Shown one piece after another: positions 1 through 13,313 of a stretch of 64,000 nucleotides of DNA; the stretch's first letter is position 1; each line of letters opens with the position of its first letter. The translations under genes and the position numbers were made by a program. The stretch is from Gekko japonicus (taxonomy: Eukaryota). Below the pieces are notes generated by a model. The model did no database searches, was not told where the DNA came from, and worked only from the letters and a program-made list of their open reading frames with translations. Location of the stretch: contig NW_015161414.1 of assembly GCF_001447785.1 (NCBI RefSeq), forward strand, positions 30,768 through 94,767, in the 5' to 3' direction.

Positions 1-1025
1 TATACGGCGCAGAAATCTGGATTGCTGGTGTGGACGAGAAATTGGATTCCCAGTTAAACGCCTTCCTTAGGAGAATTACTGGAACTCCACGGTGTGTTGC
101 TGGGACTGTCCTTCATATGGAATTGGTTCAATCTTCGCTCGAAGCACGTGCTTTGCAAAGGGCATTCAAGTTGAGATTTAAGCTATCTGACCCAAGTCAT
201 CACCCCCAGGCCGGTTTTCTTCGTCTCATCCTAAAGGACACGACATCCAACCCTTGGTTGTCCCTTCTTGCGGGTAAACTCAAGACATTGGGAGTTCCGA
301 TTTCCTCACCTACTGAAGAGCTGTTGCCCTCCCAGCTCGAGGAAACCTTGAAGAAACTCAAACAGTTGGATTGGGCTAGCACCGTGGCCAGGGCTAGATG
401 CACCTGTTCTCCTTTGGCTCTGGGGTTGCCCCCTCCAGAGAGATTTCTGGATTTTCATTCATCGCTACCTATGCTGGCCCGCTTAAATGCATTTCCAACG
501 ATGGTAACGCTGGGCAGATTTAGAGGCTTACCTTACTCAGATCGCCTCTGTTTGTGTAACTCCAGCAAAATTGAAACTTTAGACTATCTGATGTTTCGCT
601 TTCCCCATTGGACTCAAGATAGAGGGATATATATCATTCCTATTCTTACGAAGATGAATCTTCCCTTGCAACCTTGGGTGCTTTCAGTATTGTTGTCTGA
701 TTCAAATGCCGATGGACTGATAACAGCTAACATGGCACGGTTCCTGGCTAAGGTTGCTGCTCTCAAGAAACACTGAAAGCTTTATCATCTCTGCAAACAC
801 CTGTACCGATTTTAATCTTTGGAGGATTTTAGTTAGTTGGCTCTGCCCCAAGTGTAGTTAGGTTCTTTTAATTCTCTGGGCTATGCCTGGGTTTTATATG
901 TTTACTGATTGCGACTATGTACTTGTCATATTTTATGTCAATTTTATGTACCTATTTTACCCCTTTTGCATTCTCCGTTGGTCAAGACTTTGGTCATATA
1001 GACCCATAATAAATTGGAATTGAAA
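1..1025 (+). mobile_element. 3' end of a non-LTR retrotransposon (RTE-X-like): ORF2 C-terminus and 3' UTR
   Basis: ORF 30-776 ends with LARLNAFPT..GRF..P..DRLCLC..ETLDY, a decayed LINE C-terminal zinc-binding region; followed by a T-rich UTR, AATAAA and a short TTGGAA/TTGAAA tail. Clade assignment is tentative. Confidence 0.65.
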
Positions 1026-1974
1026 CTAAGTCTGATATTGCATACTTGCCATCAGTGGAACACTGCACAAGCTGCTATGTCTTTTTCAGCTTACATTTGT
1101 GATGTGTTATATAGACAATAGCTTGAATAAAGGAACAAATGAATAGATAACTACAACCAGGAAACCCCCTCCTGCACTGAGCCCTGAACCTCTCTCCACA
1201 TTGATCATGAGTTCTTATATCTGCCAAATCAGATTGTAAGAACCACATGGTAGGAGATGCCTGTGTCCATTAATAGCTTTTTTTGTATAGGGCTTTGTAT
1301 AGTGTTCTGAATGAGCAAAAGTGAGGACTCGGCAGTGACATTCACATTAAATCAACATTATATGTCAGAATATCTGCCCGTGTAATGGGGGGGGGGTATT
1401 CTCTGATTCCATCCTCTCATGGCAGGCCTCTGATCCCTCCACAAGCTATTCCCAGAGTTCCCCATCCCTATAGGAATAGCATTTCAGGAGGGAGGGAAGT
1501 TGCACTTTTGCAAACAAAAATCCTTCAGTCCATAGAAGCTGTAGGTGGAATCCAAGTCAATGTGTTTGTGCTTGATGATTTCTGTTCTTGAAAAAAATTA
1601 TGAATAACTCCTACGAGCTATCTGTATGATTATATATTGTTAAGTCTCTGTTGCTTGCTCTCATTGATTTTTTTTTAAAAAGTTTTCTCTGGGATGTTAG
1701 TTTTCAGCTTTTATATGAGCTTTACTGTTGCAAACTGCCTTATGAGACCAAATGGCAGAGCATAAGTTTTTTTTAAAAAATAAATCCAGTAATATTTTAT
1801 TATGCAACATTGGGGATCTTATGTTAAATTGTTTTCTTTTAAAATTGCCACAACCTTTTATGAAAACATGCGAAGTTTACTTCATTACCAACTTAATAGC
1901 ACAATTAACATTTTTCATAAGGACACTATAAAAAGAAGTGGACAGCTATTTTATTTGCATGCAGGACACAATAG

Positions 1975-2420
1975 TAGTATTCCCCATTACAATGTATGGG
2001 AGTGAAAGTCGGTCAGTGAAGAAACTTGACATGAAGAAAATGTCTCATTTGAAATGTGGTGTTGGAGGAGAGTTTTACAGATACCGTGGACTGCCCAAAA
2101 GACAAAATTAATGGGTTCTAGATCAAATCAAGCCTGAACTCTCCCTAGAAGATAAAATGACTAAACTGAAGCTATTGTACTTTGGTTGCATTATGAGAAG
2201 ACAAGAGGCACTGGAAAAGACAATAATGCTAGGAAACGTTGAAGGCAGCAGGAACAGAAGAGGACATAATATGAGATGGTTTGACTCAATCAAGGAAGCC
2301 ACGGCCTTCAGTTTGCAAGACCTGAGCAAAGCTCTTGACGATAGGACATTTTGGATGTCATTATTTCATAGGGTCACAATAAGTCAGAAGTGACTTGAAT
2401 GGCACTTAACACACACACAG
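1975..2420 (+). mobile_element. RTE/BovB-like LINE 3' fragment
   Basis: KLLYFGCIMRRQEALEKTIMLGNVEGSR..MRWFDSIK is the RTE RT C-terminus; (CA)n tail. Confidence 0.85.
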
Positions 2421-2496
2421 ACTGACTTATAAAATATTTTTTACCATTTTTTATTTATATCCCACCTTTCCTCCATTATGGGAAAAACTACATATT

Positions 2497-2560
2497 GGCT
2501 TTCCAGGTATTTCTCCATTCAGGTACTGACCACACTTAGACCAGCTAAGCTTCAACAAGG
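2497..2560 (-). mobile_element. Decayed 5S rRNA-derived SINE head
   Basis: ctccattcaggtactgaccacacttagaccagctaagcttc resembles the reverse complement of the 5S internal control region. Confidence 0.45.
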
Positions 2561-2804
2561 TTGCTGTATCGTGTGCTTCGAATCCTATGCCTATCTACTA
2601 ATTTAATAAAACCGATGAGATTTGGGGTTTGACATGGAAAAAAGTACCATAATAACTAAGTTAGCTTCTACATGTCTTCATTATCTGGCACACTATGTTT
2701 ACTCCCTCCTTTGTATATTTCCTCCCCTTCCTTATACTTGAAGACTGAGAGCAGAACAGTTGTGACTTACAAATTGGTTTCATTCTACCTTTCTTGTTTC
2801 CTAG

Positions 2805-2924
2805 GAGAAGGAGAAGCTGTACGTAGAACTCAAACATATCTTAGCCCGGCAGCCTGGACCAGAAGCAGCAGAACAGCTGCAGCTGTATCGGCACACACTA
2901 CGGGAAAAGACTAAACAACTGAAG
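2805..2924 (+). CDS. CFAP58: CFAP58/CCDC147 third-from-last coding exon (EKEKLYVELKHILARQPGPEAAEQLQLYRHTLREKTKQLK)
   Basis: Polypyrimidine tract with ctag acceptor and GTAGAA donor; 120 nt, phase 0/0; translation closely matches the recalled human CFAP58 C-terminal region (EKEKLYMELKHVLARQPGPEAAEQL). Confidence 0.93.
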
Positions 2925-3689
2925 GTAGAAGATCTTCTCAAGAATTCATAATAAAAATAAATCTAAATGATACTGTTCTAAGACTTAGGAAATAATCACT
3001 GTACAGAAGAAGGGGGTTGTGTTCTGAGAAATGTTTTGGAGGTGAGGTGTAGTGATAGGGCCAAACTCGACATGACAAGGGAATCCATCTGTTTTGTGTC
3101 TATCCATTCACTTCTAAAGCACCTTGCCCATCTTATGTTAAAGTGCTCTGTTGTTTTCAGCACATTTCCTCTAACTTGACTCATTTACACCTGAGCTGGA
3201 AGAAGAATGCTGAAAGCATCAGAGCGTAGCAAGATATGCTGGGCAGAGGGGGAGTGTTTAGCTTCTCCCAGTTTGAGATGTAAATGGTGGACATGTGAAT
3301 CTGCCTGTCATAGTTCTGTGCTGAATTTATTGGTAAGGACTAGGGAAAGGATTACTTTTCTACCTAAAGGAGATTTTCTTGAGGATAAAATAAGCCTATC
3401 CAAAAGGGGCTTGATTATATATTCCCTTGTTTCCACCTCCTTATTGGTCAATACCATCTGGTCCTCCAATTCTTGCTTGTTCTCCATTTGAAGCAAAAGG
3501 GCTGGGGCAAAGAGATACCCAGCTGTCATTAATGCATCCTTTTCTGTGTGATTCAGCCAACAATACTGTAGTACAAGAAAGGAGACTAGAGATAAAAACA
3601 AAACAAGGTAAGATCTGGTGACAGAACAGGCTTCTTCATAAAATGACTGTCAATAATAATTCATTAAGTGATATATATGAGAGCAGTGT

Positions 3690-3890
3690 GTTTTTACAGT
3701 CTGAGTATTGCTCTCTTTTCAGAGGCAATATATCTCTGAATAATGTATTGAATCCAAGATACTGAAAACAACAAATAGGGGAGGGCTCCTACCTACATGA
3801 CCAGCTTGTGTTTTCCCCAGTATCATTTGGTTGCTCCAGCTGGAAACAGAATGGTGGTCTAATTAGACCTTTTGTCTGATCTCATTTCTT
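3690..3890 (+). mobile_element. Old CR1 3' fragment
   Basis: cagaggcaatatatctctgaa...gtctgatc resembles the CR1 3' UTR seen in younger copies in this window. Confidence 0.45.
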
Positions 3891-4779
3891 AACCCCTTTT
3901 GTAAATACAGTACAGACTTTTCATAAGAAATCATTTTCCTCTTGGTAATGGTACTAAACCACGTGAATTGTGTTTTTTGGTCTATGACTTCTTTTCACAC
4001 ATGCTTTATTGAGAAAAGCTCGTGTGTAAATTTTCTAACTGGGTTGAGAGTCACATTTTGTGGTGTAATGTTTGTTTATAAAAATTAAGGAATGAAAATC
4101 TAATTAGAGCATTAATTTACAGCCCATTACTATAAATGTGCATCCCACTTGGGCCTTTGGAGACACTGCCAGAATTTTGTATGAGGCTTAATTTCCTTTC
4201 TAAATGAGCAAGATTTTCTAATGTGCCAGTCAAAACCGTTTTCCTTCTGTCCTTAACAAGCGAGCAGAAACGGATTGAGAAAAACATTGCNNNNNNNNNN
4301 NNNNNNNNTTTCCCTAACACTACATCCATATATATTAGTCTCGCATCTTATTAGGGGGCTGACAAGAGTAATCTCTGTTAACCCCTTGTCACTTTAAAGC
4401 AGGATTTCCTTGGTGAGAAAAGCTTGTTTGTGCCTCCTGGAACTGCTTGAAGCATCATGCTAAATAGCAACTTGGCTTATGTGCAAGATGGTGCTCTTCC
4501 TTTTTTTGCCATTGGGATGAAAATACAATAGAGTGCATGCTGCTTTTTCTGTGTGTTTTCTAAGGGCACCTCCAAGAGTAGAGTACTACCCATTTGCCAT
4601 CAATGGCTACTAGAAATATAGTTTATATTTAGGACAGAAGAAAGCCGACTGTCAAGAAGTTTGTATAGACTTGGTATATTTGGCAGACATTTGATAAATA
4701 CAGCATTCAGGAGTTTTTTGGAACACATTTTTAAGTTTCAGAGCTGATAAATTAATAAAGTAATGGCATGTGCTAAAGA

Positions 4780-5060
4780 CTGAGAACCAAACAGATGACT
4801 AAAAATGGTCAAATTATTGCTTTTCAAGCCATATGAGTTCTCCTCTGGTATGTCCCCAGGAGAGTATTTCAGTCAGCGGAGGATAATTTGCTGGTGATCC
4901 CTGGCCCCAAAGATGTCTGGCTGTCCTTGACTAGGGCCAGGGCCTTCTCAGTCCTGACCCCGACCTTGTGGAACTCTCTGCTGAACACCATCAGGGCCCT
5001 GTGGGATTTAATGCAATTCTGCAGGGCCTATAAGACAGAGATGTTCTGCCAGGCTTAAAA
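4780..5060 (+). mobile_element. L2 LINE 3' fragment
   Basis: Similar to the reverse complement of the L2 3' region at 51950-52220 (agggccttctcagt..gtggaactctctg..agggccctgtgggat). Confidence 0.6.
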
Positions 5061-6154
5061 GTAACAGAATGTCACATAACGAGTCTAACATGCCTACAAC
5101 AGCTGTGCCTTGGCAGGTACCACATTCAAGAAGATAATACGTAATAACTTTTCTAATTAATGAAGCTGTTCAACCAGACCCTATTGGCTCATATTACATA
5201 TTTACTAGCAAGGCAAGTAACAGCTTCAGTAGTGATTTAGATCAGGAAAATGGCACAGTGGAGGGTGAACACCCTCCTCCTCTTGAACAGCTGTTTGATC
5301 AGAATCAAAGCCATCCCATTTTTAAGAATTACCTGTATTTCATGTAGTTTGGCCCTCAGACGTGAGGCCACGGGGGGGGGGGGTACTCAGGGGTGCCAAG
5401 TCAGCTCTGGGGTCCAAGCTAGCATCAAGCTGTATACATGGAATGCATTTAATTTTTTTTCTAATGCAGTTTTAACTGCAGCCACTAGGGACTCATGGAA
5501 GGCAGGGCTCAGTAAAGAGCTTGGCCTTTCTCCAAACTTCACTATGAGGGTATGGGTAACCCTTGCTTCTCAGATCCTGCTAAGCCCATCAGCCAAGCCA
5601 GCACTGAAGCAGGGCAAGACCAGCCAGGACAAGCTACAATCATTGCCATCCTCCTAAACAGGTCGTTATATCTGTCAGGCTATGGTTTCCCTCTTCTTTT
5701 AGTTCTACCCAAGTCCTGCACAGCCAGATTTTGCAAAGGGGCAGACTGTTAGTGTATGGTAGTAATTTTTTTAAAGTGTTGTCTTTTCCTACATTAACTC
5801 TTCTCCACACTTTCCTTCTCCTTCATTTTGCTCTGCTCCTTTCATGATCTTCCATTTGTCTATCCCCACTTCTAATCTCCCCCTGTTATTTTTCAATCTC
5901 AACTCCTTTTCATCCAGCCTGGGTGCCAATTTAGAACAATATTTAATAGTAGTATAGCAGCAAATCTTTCTTAATACTATGAACAGAAGGGGGGAGTTAG
6001 TCAGTCAAAACCTTTATTGTCATGGGGGGTTAATATTTCTCCAAAATCTATCAAAGCTGTAAAAGGATAATTCCTCCCCCTCCCCCTTTACATGCATAAT
6101 AAGAAATGTTAATCTGCTTTAGTGGTAACAAATGAGGAACAGAAGTCAGAATCT

Positions 6155-6390
6155 ATTTATTTATTTACTAACTTAATTTATATCCCACCTTTCTCCCCAA
6201 GGTGACCCAAAGTGACTTACATTGTTCTCCTCTCCTTCATTGTATTCTCACAACAACCTTGTGAAGTAGGTTAGACTGAGAGCATGTGATGGGCCCAAGG
6301 TCACCCAGCAAGCTTCCGTGGCAGAGTGGAGATTCAAACCTGTGTTTCCCAGATCCTAGTTCAACACTTTAACCACTATACCAGCTTAGC
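6155..6390 (-). mobile_element. tRNA-derived core SINE (Squam3/MIR-like); related copy at 11030-11245
   Basis: Reverse-strand tRNA-like head (box A/B), core cccaaggtcacccagcaag and (TTTA)n tail. Confidence 0.8.
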
Positions 6391-7731
6391 TTCCATTGCA
6401 AATAGCATGGGGGTTGTCTGGAGATAACCTCAGTCAGGATATTCCAATTCCTTTAATTTTTTGGACCTGGAATTCCCATGAGCATCCTGAAGCCGAGCGC
6501 CAATTTTTATTTTCCTAGTTTTATTTTGTGATGAATTATGCCTGCTGCAAATGGACAGAAAGATGGACATGCTGATCCTTTTATTATCATAGATGTGTGC
6601 TAACAGCCAGCCAAGTGATTTGGTTTGTTATAATATGTGGTTTGGATCAGGGTCGTATGAGAGGGGTCCAGATGGTGGCTCTAGCAGCCTACTCAAATGT
6701 TAGTACATTTCAACCTTCCTATATATAGCATTTCGTTAGTTTAGTGCAGGGATTGCCAGCCTTTTTCAGCCTTTGGAATTCTGACACAGAGTGGTGGTCA
6801 CAACCACAAAATGGGGGCTTTGATGGGGGAGCCAATCACAAAATGTCAGGGAGTGAGGTTATATATATCAGACAGAAGCTACGTTTATCAAGATTAAGAT
6901 ATTGTTTAAAACATTATCTTGCATACACACAAAATTAGTTTACATATTGAGCTAGCTAAGAAACCTTCATCTGGCAGTATCTGTCTTCTGGGTTTCCCCA
7001 GAAGTGATGTCATACCAACAGTGATTTTTAAAAAAATTCTGTTGCCTGCCAGTTGCTGGAGTTTCAGCAAGCAAGGCTTATTGGAGGCACATGGCAACTC
7101 TTCATCTAACACACTTATGCAAAAGGAAAAAGTACTTCTCCTGGCTATCCCTTTACATGAGCTCAGCCTTTTTTAAAAATCTGCATTACTACTTGTAACA
7201 GTAACAGTTAGTGCTGATGGGCTGGTGTGAGCTCCTTGCACATATGTACAGCAAGAGAGATTTTGGGGAAATTTTGATAAATGATTTTTGAAAAGTGAAC
7301 AAATTTTGAAGTAATGGTGTAACTTAAACCTGAATTATACAAAGTACATTAAAACTTGGAAGATCTGATGGCTTTAACAGATGTTCCAGTTAGGTGCATT
7401 AACAATTTTAGCCATGCAGCCTAACTGTATTTTGTCAGTCCCAGTATATTTTTAGAATATCATTCCACTATTTGCACAGTTAAAGCCACTGTTTGCATGA
7501 TACCATAAACATCACAAACTCAATAAAGCCCCCGTCCACTTCCCTCCCTCAGAGGCAAGATTTTCCCTCTGTTTTTCTTTACTGACTGAGCCACCCTAAT
7601 GATGTGTTTTCTTCTTTGCTGAAGAACTCTGGCTGTCATAGTACGATATTTTGGCTGTTGGCTTAGCCCAGGAACCTGAGGGAAAGATCAAGAGCCCACT
7701 TTAACTTAAGCAACTTAAATGGCACTCACGT

Positions 7732-8108
7732 ATGCTTGCTAGGTTCCCGGTTGGGGTGGGGGATCCCCACTTTTGTGGTCTCTGGTTTGTCGCTGGCCAC
7801 TGGGGGAGACCCTGCCCCCAAACAGATGTCCCCATGCAATATTGGCAACTCAGAGACATCACTTTCAGAAGTGACATCATCTCACTGGTGATGTCGCAGG
7901 CAATGCTCTACATTTTGGGCAAAACTCTATGGTATGTAGCTATTTTCACCATAGAGTTTTGCCCAAAAAGTAGAGCATCACCCCAACATCACCAACACAA
8001 TGAGGTCACTTCTGGAAGTGATGTCAGTTTGTTACCAGTGTCCCCACCCACCCCTGGGATGCCCGCCAAATCCCCCTGCCAGCAGGAGGAAGGCCTCTGG
8101 CAACCCTA
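7732..8108. mobile_element. TAGGGTTGCC-type hAT-like MITE; family members at ~27894-28080, 38370-38596, 40990-41170, 43786-44002, 48255-48453
   Basis: Shared terminal TGGCAACCCTA; most copies also share internal ctccaggggaactgatctc/ggagatc motifs. Confidence 0.7.
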
Positions 8109-8215
8109 CACTCAAGGCATTTTGAAATTTAAAAATAAAAAAATATTTTATTTTAACATAGAGGGGAAAGGTCAGGTAAAATCAGGGATTGAAATTTCTG
8201 AGGTAAAACCAGTAC

Positions 8216-8805
8216 ATGCACAGACTTTAGTTCTTATGTTTCAGGCTAATGAGAGTTTCATAAGCTTTTCACAGTGACTTAAAACTTTCTATTGAGAGGC
8301 TTTTGTTCCAGTGTTTTCTCAAACACTCCAGTACTCATCTTGAGTTTTTAATTGGCTCTTAAGGTTTCTACAGACAGTTTCTAACCACACCAGACCAGGG
8401 ATCTCTCCACTCTTCAGAGATCTCCCTGTTTGACTGGGTAGGGAATTTTCTTCTCTCTCTAGAAGTTCTATCCCCTTTCCTTGACCTGAGTGAGTCTCTA
8501 TCTAACTACCCACTCGTCCTTGCCAACTTTCCCCAGTTCTCCTATCTGTGTTAAAAGTGCTCTCGGTCGAGGCTGAATTCCAAAACTGTCAGTACTCGAC
8601 TCTTCTCAGCTAGGGCTGAAATCAGACTGAATTCTCCTCAACATCCAGTTCAGAAGTCTTTCTCTATTCAGCTGATGCTAATCAATCAGATATCTTGAAA
8701 CAGCTGGTCACTCAAGACTCTCTGGCCCTGTGAAGAATTAACCCTTCACAGTCCTTTACCTGTTTGTACAGCACTTCTAAGTTTTTAAAAGTGCAGTCCA
8801 TCACA
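8216..8805 (-). mobile_element. Putative LTR
   Basis: Ends in ...CCATCACA (TGTGATGG on the minus strand) exactly where the split MITE resumes; minus-strand polyA-like signal near 8285. Left boundary uncertain. Confidence 0.4.
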
Positions 8806-10030
8806 GCCCTACTTGGCCTTGCCCCCTTTCTACAAACATTTGACAGGCACAAGGAAAGGTGCTGACAGGTGCCATAGTGCCTCTTGCGGGGGGGGGGCTC
8901 TTAGTGTACTGCATATTCCAAGTGGGGGTGCTTTGTATTGACTTAACAATTTGTGGAAGTTCTGGACAAGTACATTTGTCACTTTAATGTGCAAGCAGAA
9001 ATATAAAATACCAGGAAGGATTTAGTATTGTGAATGTAATAGGGTTTTGTGGTTTATGCTGGTACTATGTCACTTTTCAGTTATTTATATGATTCTTCTT
9101 ACAGGAGGAAAATGTGTTGGTCCCTCATCAGTTTTCATTAACAACACTTGATTTAACACATGATCATGTCTTAACTTTATTATGCGCCATTTGAACCTAT
9201 GCACATAATAGGATCACTTGGAAGTAACTCCCACTGAATTCAGTGGAACTTACTCCCAGGTAAGGGTTTGCATATGTTTGAAGCCACAGCCTGTTTTCTT
9301 TGCAATCATGCTAATAAATATTTTCAAAGAAATTTAGTAATAAAGTTTTATTTCTTTTGTTAGAAAAATGTCAAAATTTATAAAGCAGATGTTTCTAATG
9401 TTTAGAAAGGTTGTCTAAAATTGTTTATGTATTGAGAGACACTAACATCAGAAATCCTTTTAATACCACTGAGTGCCTAGGTCTTTGATGGCTCCTAGGG
9501 ATACAGGGTGGGATCCAGTGGTATTCTTCTGCTAATGTAACACCACTTAGAATGACACATATTGGTGAAGAAGAGGGGGTGATTTTTGCTAATTGCTCCT
9601 CTTATTAGAAGCCCTCACCTCATCCTCCCAATGGCATTTGTGATGACCTCCATGAAATTGTTCATGACCTGGATCTTCTCTGTTGGCTATGATGTCACTG
9701 CCTCCCCTATGTAGCTAATCCCAAGAGTTTCAGTCTCCAAGGCTGAAGAAGAAGGCAGGTGTCCTGCAATGAAATAAGAGGATAACCCCGAGGCCAGTGG
9801 GATGCCTTTTCCTTTCTCTGTGGGGGGGTCAACTGTTAAGTTGCAAGTGGTGCAAGAGATACATGTACTTTACTTCTTTCAGCTTGGATCAGCACACATC
9901 TGAGATGCAGACAATAGGGTTTCAGCAAGAGGTAGTACAGCCTTAAACCTCAGTCCTGATTTATAGCTTAAAAAAAAACCACACAGAGAGAGAACAAATT
10001 ACCCATGTCATGCATTTGTTGTATTTTAAG

Positions 10031-10164
10031 GTTTTATCTTCTGAGCTGAATATGTATGAATCACAGAGTCAAGAATACAAATATGAAATTGAAAGGCTTG
10101 CCAATGAGCTTCTGAATGTCAAGAAGAAATATCTTACTCAAAAACGGAAGGAGCATGAAAACAA
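10031..10164 (+). CDS. CFAP58: CFAP58 penultimate coding exon (VLSSELNMYESQSQEYKYEIERLANELLNVKKKYLTQKRKEHEN)
   Basis: ttttaag acceptor, GTAAGA donor, 134 nt, phase 0/2; in frame with the previous exon; matches CFAP58 VLSSELNMYE..EYKYE. Confidence 0.93.
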
Positions 10165-10282
10165 GTAAGAGATAATGCTAGTACTGGTAGTAGTATTTGA
10201 TAATAATATTATTGTCTATTGATCTCCAGTTCTGAGATGGTGCTAGTTCTTAGGATGAGGCAGGTGAAACTGGCCATTCTCT

Positions 10283-10482
10283 CTTTGTGTTAAGTGCTAT
10301 CAAGCTGCTTCCAACTTATGGTGACCCTGTGAATTAATGAACTTCAAAATGTCCTATTGTTAACAGCTATTCTCAGGTCTTGCAAACTGAGGGCCGTTGA
10401 TGGAGTCAATCCACCTCATGTTGGGACTTCCACTTTGCCTGCTGCCTTCAACTTTCCATAGCATTATTGTCTTTTCCAGTGA
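10283..10482 (-). mobile_element. 5'-truncated RTE/BovB-like 3' fragment with 12-bp TSD
   Basis: Reverse complement of the 2200-2420 element; flanked by tggccattctct / tgggcattctct. Confidence 0.8.
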
Positions 10483-11604
10483 TGGGCATTCTCTAGACAC
10501 ACATATAAGACCACCTGTAACTGGAGTTGCTTCGAACACTCTATAACGTGAACATAAAACATTGATGGGAATAAATAGAGAATAAATGAGAATAATTTCT
10601 TCTTTTCATGTTAATTTACATTAGCAGAATTTGCATCTGGCATAAATAGCAGAGGCTCAAAAGTGCTTTTCAGTGCCATTGTGAAAATTACCCATGTATT
10701 TGTACCCTATATGTTTTTGCTAAGGAGACGAGTGCCCATATCCTAAGAGGTAAGCTGTTTTTCTCATGGGGTACCTGCAGAGATACTCGTGTCTGCAGCT
10801 GAGCCATTTAGTGTAAATCCAGGACAGTCGGAGAAGTATTATTATAATGTTAGTGTGTGAGAAACATGCATTGCTGTTCTGCCCTGGGTGCTGCAGCTAC
10901 TTTAACATTGTCTTCATCTACTGGATGGAAAGAGGGGAGGGAACTAGAGTGGGCTGTGCATAGGAAGAATACCAGACACACTGAATGAGTTATAGTGCAT
11001 CAGCAAAATATTTTTTCATGAGCTGCTTAATTAATTACCTTCATTTATATGATTCTCTTCTCCCCAATGGGGACCCAAAGTGTCTTACATCGTTCTCCTG
11101 CCCTCCATTTTATCCTCATTGCAACCCTGTGAGGTAGGTAAGGCAGAAAGTGTGTGATTGGCCCAAAGTCATCCAGTAAGTTTCCATGGCAGAGTGGGGA
11201 TTTGAACTTGGATCTGACACTTCAGCCACTACCCCACACTGGTTAAAAAGGTAAAAGGATCTTAAATGACTAGGAGTTCTTTGTCTAGTGATCAAAACGC
11301 CTGGAATCAAGCAGGTATCATGAGAGAAGATATGCTCAGCAAGCTAGGAGAGAATTGATGAGCCTCCATCATCTTGTATTTTTTCCCTGCCTATGTCATC
11401 CTATTGGCAGGCTTTTTCTGTCTCTTTTAATGCTATTTTTTTTAAAAAATTAATCATTCTCTATTTCTTCTCTGCCCCAGTAATCCATTTTTAGCCTGGA
11501 TTAGATTGTTTTAAGATTGGCGGGGCCACTTCCAAGCTTGTATTAATTGTATGTTGTGTCACATCCCAATCCTTACCCTTGTTTATAGGAGCATGGTTCC
11601 TTTT

Positions 11605-11885
11605 GAGAGCCAGCTTGGTGTAGTGGTTAAGTGTGCAGACTCTAATCTGGGAGAGCTGGGTTTGATTACCCTCACCTCCACTTGCAGCTGCTGGATGACC
11701 TTGGGCAAGCCATAGTTCTGTCAGAGCTGCCCTTGAAAGGACAGTCCTCTCAGAGCTCTCTCAGCCCCACCGACCTCACAGGGTGGCTGTTGTGGGGAGG
11801 GGAAGGGAAAGGAGTTTGTAAGCTGCTCTGAGACTCCAAGTGAAGGGCGGGGTATAAATCCAGTCTCCTCCTCCTCCTCCTCCAT
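11605..11885 (+). mobile_element. Squam3 SINE (gecko-type); second copy at 59852-60109
   Basis: tRNA head (ggtgtagtggttaag...gggtttgatt), core, gtaagctgctctgagactcc tail and (TCC)n/(TTC)n end; the two copies are highly similar. Confidence 0.8.
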
Positions 11886-11939
11886 CTGGAGATTGTGGGA
11901 ATGTGTTTCCTCCGTTTTCATGCTAGTGGAGATAGATTA

Positions 11940-12119
11940 AGATGGCTAGCTGAGTGGGTCTGTCTGTAGCAGTAGAAAAGAGCAAGAATCTATTAGCAAT
12001 TTAAAGACTAGCAACATTTTTGGTAGTGTATGAGCTTTCCTGAGTCACTGCAGTGGCAGCTCATACCTTGCCACAAATTTTGTTAGTCTTTAAGGTGCTG
12101 GACTCCTACTCTTTTCTAC
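11940..12119. mobile_element. Penelope pseudo-LTR-derived fold-back element
   Basis: Inverted arms gtagaaaagag...gtatgagc / gctcatac...ctcttttctac; GAAAGCTCATAC hammerhead 3' half on the minus strand. Confidence 0.65.
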
Positions 12120-12819
12120 ATTGCCAGTGGAAAAGACAATTGATAAATTCCTCAGACTGAGCCTATTGCCTTGAATATCTTTGCAGTTTATACTGTCATT
12201 CTTCCCCACTTCACCTACTTGTACAGAATCCTGGGTTGTCCTTGTTTCTGGATTGTCTCAAGATCATAGCTGCCCATTGAAAAGTACTGAGAATTACTCT
12301 TAGCCTAAAGCAGTGATTTGCAAACCAGGTCACAACGACTGAATCACAGGTGGGTTGCAGCAACCCATGGTGTGTAGTCCACAGTCCAAACAAGTGAGCC
12401 AGGCCCCGAACTCTACCTGCATTGAAACCAGTCAGAATTCTGTGTCCCAAGAGGAGAGGCAGCATTCCCTGTACAAACTAAGGTGCTGCACTCTTGTTTG
12501 CCAAGCACACACTGTTTGAAATCCTTTGCGACAGCTGCTGCATCTCAGCTTTGTTTGTGCAAGTCAGTCAACTGCTTTGCACCTTTGTGTTTGCACTGGT
12601 CTCCCAATGGCATCTATACTGATTTTTAGGCAGGTTTCCAAAATCTTTTGGGCTGTTCACTTTAATGCAAGTTATCGACAGTGTTTAGTCTTTTTGCTTT
12701 TAAATGAAATCTTTAAATAAAAGTTTTAAAATTCTGCTGGGGTGTTTATACCTTACCCGCTCATTAGGCAATGCCATGTTTGCAGTAAGAGTCATTTCCA
12801 GGAAACTAAAGGGACAGGG

Positions 12820-13246
12820 GCCCTGACCCGGATAGCCCAGGCTAGCCTAATCTCATCAGATGTTGGAAGGCAGGGTTGGTGCTAATGTTCCCTCTAAGCT
12901 GTGGAGTCTTGTGAGCAAAAATTCTACTTTGTAAGCTACTGGCATTGAAGTTGGGAGCGAGCGGTTTGGCTACTGCATAAATTAGTTTGCTCTGGAGCCA
13001 TCCTTTCTGAGCTAAAACAAAAATATGTGAGCCGGAGGATAAAAAACTGTGAGCTAGCTCTCTCTAACTCAGCTTAGAGGGAACAAACTTGGCTCTGGTT
13101 AGTATTTGAATGGGAGACCACCAAAGAAGTCCAGGGTTGTGGTGCAGAGGCAGACAGTGGTAAACCACGTCTGAATGTCTCTTGCCTTGAAAACCCTACA
13201 GGGTCTCCACAAGTTAGCTGAGACTTGAGGGCACTTTCAACCACCA
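12820..13246 (+). mobile_element. 5S-derived SINE with RTE/Sauria-type tail, interrupted by a MITE at ~12883-13088
   Basis: 5S-like tctcatcagatgttggaag..cagggt and tggttagtatttgaatgggagacc; tail gccttgaaaaccctac..gacttgagggcactttcaaccacca. Confidence 0.8.
12883..13088. mobile_element. MITE with TGTTCCCTCTAAGCTG TIRs; half copy at 44028-44160
   Basis: 16-bp perfect inverted repeats at 12886-12901 and 13070-13085. Confidence 0.8.
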
Positions 13247-13313
13247 AAGAGGTAGGGAAGGAAACTCTGGGCTTTTCTGGGTTAAAGATTCCCATTACCA
13301 GCGTGGTGGCAGC

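Larger units (their letters stand above)
6747..8900 (+). mobile_element. hAT-like non-autonomous element split (6747-~7040 and 8806-~8900) by later insertions
   Basis: Begins CAGGGATTGCCAGCCTTTTT and resumes at 8806 with gccctacttggccttgccccc...ggtgccatagtgcc; the right terminus is decayed. Confidence 0.5.

Noticed and set aside
7732-8277. 181-aa ORF
   Set aside because: Spans a MITE and adjacent repeat; no recognisable domain.
12820-13246. Functional 5S rRNA genes (also 62617-62818)
   Set aside because: Diverged 5S heads fused to RTE-type tails; these are SINEs.
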